The notes under the pieces are model-generated. The model was not told where the DNA came from and did not search any database. It worked only from the letters and a program-made list of their open reading frames with translations. From Betaproteobacteria bacterium (GTDB lineage: Bacteria; Pseudomonadota; Gammaproteobacteria; Burkholderiales; JACQAP01), in contig JANOGP010000215.1 in the NCBI GenBank assembly GCA_031406075.1, forward strand, positions 1-57,821: 57,821 nucleotides of DNA. The letters are read 5' to 3'. The translations under genes and the position numbers were made by a program. Shown in pieces: positions 53,686 through 57,821 of the stretch (positions are counted from its first letter, which is position 1; each line of letters opens with the position of its first letter).

Positions 53686-53974
53686 CTAGGGAAGCTCTGA
53701 TCAAGTTCCGCGACGCGCGTTGCGCCAGGTGCGGATGACTGCTAGGCATCGCTCCGCAGATGCGGCTGACGCCCCAACAAGGAGCGTAACAAAGCAGGCG
53801 CCGCAACTGGCACAACCCAATGACATTTCGACTCTTTCGAGGGACCGGGCGATGCGGGCCGGTGTTGGTGTCGGCTCCTCCTTATGCAGGCCGGCTACAC
53901 GGCATCCTCGCCGTCTTATCCTCAACCCGAATCGCCTCCGTCGCGCATGTGGAACTTGGTCAGAGCTTCCCTAG
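53686..53974. mobile_element. IS5-family-derived MITE (281 bp) with 20-bp terminal inverted repeats and a CTAG target-site duplication
   Basis: CTAG|GGAAGCTCTGATCAAGTTCC ... GGAACTTGGTCAGAGCTTCC|CTAG. The TIRs are 19 of 20 complementary. There is no transposase-sized ORF. The TIR resembles the IS5 end GGAAGGTGCGAACAAGTCCC as I remember it, and CTAG is the classical IS5 target and duplication. Confidence 0.65.
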
Positions 53975-53977
53975 ATA

Positions 53978-54859
53978 TTATTTGCCGCTGCGGCCCGAGG
54001 GATTCTTCAGGTACTTGAAGAATTCGGAATTCGGTTCGATTATCAGCAGATCGCCCTTGTTCCGGAAACTCTGGCGATACGCCTCCAGACTGCGGTAGAA
54101 GGCATAAAACTCGGGATTCAGTTGAAACGCCCGGGCATAGATCGCGGAGGCCTTGGCATCGCCGTCACCCTTGAGGCGCTGCGCGTCCCGGTAGGCCTCT
54201 GCGATAATCACCTCGCGCTCGCGGTCGGCATCGGCGCGAATCTTCTCCGCCGCGGCAAAGCCGGTGGAGCGCAGTTCGTTGGCGACCCGCTTGCGCTCCG
54301 CCTCCATGCGCCGGTACACCGCCTCGCTGACTTCCTGCGTGAGATCGACCCGTTTGAGGCGCACGTCGATCACTTTGACGCCGATCTTGCTGGCATCGAT
54401 GTCGACTTTTTCACGCATGAGCTCCATGATCTTGTCGCGCTCGCCCGACACCACGTCGTGCACGGTGCGCTTGCCGAATTCGTCGCGCAGACTCGCGTTA
54501 ACTGTCTTCTTCAGGCGGTCGTTGGCGCGCAGCTCGTCGCCGCCGACGCTGATGTAGTACTGGCGTACGTCGGTGACGCGCCATTTCACGAACGAGTCGA
54601 CCAGCACATTCTTGTTTTCGGTAGTCAGGAACCGCTCCGGCTCCTCGGAATCCAGCGTGAGCACCCTGATGTCGAAGAAGCGCACGTTGTCGATCACCGG
54701 CATCTTGAAGTACAGGCCCGGTTCGGTCCGGACGCTGATCACCTCGCCGAGACGAAATACCATCGCGTTCTGGCGCTGATCCACCGTGAACATGCTCATG
54801 CTCGCGACGATCAGCACCACCACGATGCCGACCAGCACCGTACTCACGCTGGCTCTCAT
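53978..54859 (-). CDS. hflC: Protease modulator HflC
   Basis: 293 aa, N-terminal TM helix plus SPFH/band-7 domain. Its start overlaps the hflK stop. Confidence 0.93.
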   Translation of the reverse strand: MRASVSTVLVGIVVVLIVASMSMFTVDQRQNAMVFRLGEVISVRTEPGLYFKMPVIDNVRFFDIRVLTLDSEEPERFLTTENKNVLVDSFVKWRVTDVRQYYISVGGDELRANDRLKKTVNASLRDEFGKRTVHDVVSGERDKIMELMREKVDIDASKIGVKVIDVRLKRVDLTQEVSEAVYRRMEAERKRVANELRSTGFAAAEKIRADADREREVIIAEAYRDAQRLKGDGDAKASAIYARAFQLNPEFYAFYRSLEAYRQSFRNKGDLLIIEPNSEFFKYLKNPSGRSGK

Positions 54860-56046
54860 CGCGCCTCCCTGTCACGGTTGCGCAACGCGTCGCGCGAGCG
54901 CGGCGCCGCTTCCGCCGTGCCGGGAACGGGCAACGCAACTTCCGGAACTGCGGGCTTGCCGACGTCGCCGGCACTTCCGGAACCGCTCAGTTGCATCAGC
55001 TTGTCGAGCGGCAGGTACAGCAGATTGCTGCCGGCCTTCTGATCGACCACGATCTTGCTCGAATTCGTAAGAACCTGTTGCATCATGTCCAGATAGAGGC
55101 GCTCGCGGGTCACCACCGGCGCCTTGTTGTACTCGGCCACGATCTGGCGGAAGCGCGAGGCTTCGCCCTCGGCATTCGCGATCACCCGCTGGCGGTAGCC
55201 TTCCGCTTCCTGCAATAGTCTGGCGGCGGTACCGCGCGCCTTCGGCACCACGTCGTTGGCGTAGGCCTGCCCTTCGTTTTTCTGGCGCTCAAGGTCCTGA
55301 TTGGCCTTGTTGACATCGTCGAATGCTGCCTGCACCTGCTCGGGCGGCTGCGCGTTCTGCATCGTAACCTGGCTTATGGTGATGCCGGTCTTGTAACGGT
55401 CGAGAATGACCTGCATCGATTCCTGTGCCTTGGCCGCCACCTGCGCCCGCCCCTCGTTGAGCACGAAATCCATCCTGTTCTTGCCGACCACCTCGCGAAT
55501 CGCCGACTCCGCAACCTGCATCACGGCCTGGTCGGCATCGCGGTTGTTGAACAGGTACTCTTCCGGATTGGCGCGGATGTATTGCACGGCGAATTGCAAA
55601 TCGATGATGTTTTCGTCGTCGGTCAGCATCAGCGACTCATTGGGAACCTTGGTACGCACGTTGTTGCGGTAGCCGACCTCCACCGTGCGAACCTCGGATA
55701 CGTTGACGACCTCGACCGATTCGGCCGGCCAGGGCAGATGCCAGCGTGGGCCCGGCTGATTGGTCTCCAGAAATTTGCCGAAGCGCAGGACCACGCCGCG
55801 CCGGCCTTCATCCACAATGTAGAAGCCGCTCGCGAGCCACACCAGCAGCACGATGGCGATGAGTAGCCCGAAACCGCCGCCCATCTGGCGCGCGCTCGGT
55901 CCCTGCGGCCCGTTGCCGCCGACCTTGCCGCCGCCCTTGCCGCCGAATAGCGATCCTAGTTTCTGATTCAGGCGACGCCAGAGTTCGTCGAGGTCGGGCG
56001 GGCCTTCGTTACCACGCTTACCCCAGTTGGGATCATTCAATGCCAT
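54856..56046 (-). CDS. hflK: FtsH protease activity modulator HflK
   Basis: MALNDPNWGKRGNEGPPDLDELWRRL.. then a TM helix and an SPFH domain. Confidence 0.93.
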   Translation of the reverse strand: MALNDPNWGKRGNEGPPDLDELWRRLNQKLGSLFGGKGGGKVGGNGPQGPSARQMGGGFGLLIAIVLLVWLASGFYIVDEGRRGVVLRFGKFLETNQPGPRWHLPWPAESVEVVNVSEVRTVEVGYRNNVRTKVPNESLMLTDDENIIDLQFAVQYIRANPEEYLFNNRDADQAVMQVAESAIREVVGKNRMDFVLNEGRAQVAAKAQESMQVILDRYKTGITISQVTMQNAQPPEQVQAAFDDVNKANQDLERQKNEGQAYANDVVPKARGTAARLLQEAEGYRQRVIANAEGEASRFRQIVAEYNKAPVVTRERLYLDMMQQVLTNSSKIVVDQKAGSNLLYLPLDKLMQLSGSGSAGDVGKPAVPEVALPVPGTAEAAPRSRDALRNRDREAR

Positions 56047-56092
56047 TGATGTTTGCTTTCTTCGGACAGACAGGCGAATCGGGGAAAAATCT

Positions 56093-57211
56093 CTATGCTG
56101 CGGCGAGTTTCCCGGCGCCGCGATGCGCCGTTTGCAGATCGCCCAGCAGGGAAAGCACGAAACCGACGCCGGAACCGGTGCGCGCACTCACGCGAATCGC
56201 CGCGATTTTACCATACTGGTCACACTCGACCCCGGGGTCCAGTCCGACGGCATCGATTTTGTTGAACACCATCACCTGCGGGACCGCCGCCGCGCCGATC
56301 GCCGCAAGCACCTTGTTCACTTCCGCGATCTGGTCGTCGCGCGCCGGGCTGGCGGCGTCCACCACGTGCAGCAGCAGGTCGGCGCGCACCGTTTCTTCGA
56401 GAGTGGCGCTGAACGCCGCCACCAGAGTGGGAGGCAGATCGCGGATGAAGCCCACGGTGTCGGACATCACCACCGCGGCGCCGTTCGCACCATTGATGCG
56501 CCGTGATGTCGTGTCCAGCGTGGCGAACAACTGGTCGGCGGCGTAGGCGTCGCTGTCCGTGAGCCGGTTGAACAGCGTCGATTTGCCGGCGTTGGTATAG
56601 CCGACCAGCGACACGGACATCGCCGGACCGCGCAGACGCGCCCGCCGTTGCGTCTGCCGTTGCCTGTGCACCGTGGCAAGCTTTTCCTTAAGGACCTTCA
56701 CCCGCTTGCGCAATAGCTGGCGGTCGGTTTCCAGCTGCGTCTCGCCCGGGCCGCGCAGGCCGATGCCGCCCTTCTGCCGCTCGAGGTGGGTCCAGCCCCG
56801 CACCAAGCGCGTAGACAGATGCTGGAGCTGGGCCAATTCCACCTGCAACTTGCCTTCATGCGAACGGGCACGCTGCGCGAAAATGTCGAGAATCAGACTG
56901 GTGCGGTCGATCACGCGGCAGTTGCAGCGCTTTTCCAGATTGCGCTCCTGCGCCGGAGACAGGTCATGATTGAACAACACCAGCGAGGCACCGGTCGACT
57001 CCACCAGCGCGGCAATTTCCTCGACCTTGCCGGAGCCGGCGAACGTGGCGGCGTCCGGGCGCTGGCGCCTTCCCTTCACCATGGTAACCGGCTTCACGTC
57101 TGCGCTCTCGGCCAGGCGGCGGATTTCCTCGAGCGACTCGGCGAAATCGACATTGCCGAAATCGAGATTCACGAGGACTGCGCGGTCGCCGCCGCGAGGG
57201 CGCTCAAGCAT
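56093..57211 (-). CDS. hflX: GTPase HflX
   Basis: 372 aa with ..[14 protein letters not shown].. G1 motif and the HflX N-terminal domain. Confidence 0.93.
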   Translation of the reverse strand: MLERPRGGDRAVLVNLDFGNVDFAESLEEIRRLAESADVKPVTMVKGRRQRPDAATFAGSGKVEEIAALVESTGASLVLFNHDLSPAQERNLEKRCNCRVIDRTSLILDIFAQRARSHEGKLQVELAQLQHLSTRLVRGWTHLERQKGGIGLRGPGETQLETDRQLLRKRVKVLKEKLATVHRQRQTQRRARLRGPAMSVSLVGYTNAGKSTLFNRLTDSDAYAADQLFATLDTTSRRINGANGAAVVMSDTVGFIRDLPPTLVAAFSATLEETVRADLLLHVVDAASPARDDQIAEVNKVLAAIGAAAVPQVMVFNKIDAVGLDPGVECDQYGKIAAIRVSARTGSGVGFVLSLLGDLQTAHRGAGKLAAA

Positions 57212-57316
57212 CGCGCATTTTCAGGTAAGACACGGCACGCGGAATCCCGACGCGCCGGCTGATTGTCGCGGCGACGGAAGATGGAGCAGAACGATAACGG
57301 GAGATGCGGGGACCAC

Positions 57317-57556
57317 TCAGTCTTCGGACCCGTGCTCCAAAGACAAGTTCACCGGGCGCGCGGGCACGACGGTGGATATCGCGTGCTTGTACACCATTTG
57401 CGTCACGGTATTCTTCAGCAACACCACGTATTGATCGAACGACTCGATCTGACCCTGCAATTTGATTCCATTGACCAGGTAGATCGAAACCGGGACATGC
57501 TCCTTGCGCAACGCATTCAGAAACGGGTCTTGTAACAATTGCCCTTTCGCGCTCAT
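57317..57556 (-). CDS. hfq: RNA chaperone Hfq
   Basis: [62 protein letters not shown]. Confidence 0.96.
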   Translation of the reverse strand: MSAKGQLLQDPFLNALRKEHVPVSIYLVNGIKLQGQIESFDQYVVLLKNTVTQMVYKHAISTVVPARPVNLSLEHGSED

Positions 57557-57644
57557 GGCAGCTCCTTTTTGTGTTTTTCTGACCCGCGTCAACTCTACTG
57601 GATTTTGGCGCGCAATACCATCCCGCGAAACCCCTCAAGGGGCA

Positions 57645-57821
57645 CTATGATTTCTTGCGATCGGCATAAGGGTTTCTGCCCTGCTTGAAGAAAACCCGGA
57701 CCGGCGTCCCCGACAACTGGAACGCGGAAATGAAAGTGCGCTCCAGATAGCGGCGGTAGCTGTCCGGCACGTGGTCCAGCCCGTTTCCATGGATCATGAT
57801 CAGCGGCGGGTTCATCCCGCC
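57645..57821 (-). CDS. der: Ribosome-associated GTPase Der (EngA), C-terminal 58 codons; the 5' part lies outside the window
   Basis: My own translation of the minus strand gives GGMNPPLIMIHGNGLDHVPDSYRRYLERTFISAFQLSGTPVRVFFKQGRNPYADRKKS*, the conserved Der C-terminal KH-like region. der-hfq-hflX synteny. Not in the ORF track. Confidence 0.8.
   Translation of the reverse strand, partial: GGMNPPLIMIHGNGLDHVPDSYRRYLERTFISAFQLSGTPVRVFFKQGRNPYADRKKS

Overview
GC-rich proteobacterial chromosome segment whose gene order looks betaproteobacterial. All calls rest on motif and family recognition by eye; no searches were run.

The window has two parts. (1) About 25-57.8 kb is a conserved housekeeping backbone, almost entirely on the minus strand: der(partial)-hfq-hflX-hflK-hflC-DUF2065-hisZ-purA, tRNA-Leu(CAG), rnr-rlmB, rpsB-tsf-pyrH-frr-uppS-cdsA-dxr-rseP-bamA-skp-lpxD-fabZ-lpxA-lpxB-rnhB, ppsR/ppsA, and pyrG-kdsA-eno-ftsB. 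(2) About 0-25 kb is accessory-looking. It holds a partial CoA-transferase, a DUF1111 di-haem protein, an FmdB zinc-ribbon gene and a Tat-type amidohydrolase. It also holds a 3.4-kb stretch with three apparently broken genes, and a uronate dehydrogenase plus lactone-amidohydrolase pair. Most of it is a roughly 15.5-kb formate-oxidation block. That block contains an NAD-type FDH (fused NuoE/F-like beta plus alpha) and a periplasmic Tat-exported FDH (alpha, beta, gamma). It also contains a DUF3305/DUF3306/polyferredoxin/TorD-like module, small uncharacterised ORFs, fdhD and mobA.

The most unusual signals are non-coding:
- Two intergenic palindromic elements of about 170 bp, plus a possible third, degenerate one. 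Their arms are themselves 7-9-nt tandem iterations. One sits between the two cistrons of the NAD-type FDH.
- An IS5-like MITE with CTAG target duplication between hflC and the DUF2065 gene.
- A second MITE-like insert between frr and uppS.
- A diverged 5' remnant of kdsA left at the pyrG junction.

I found no defence system, CRISPR array, prophage or integrase.
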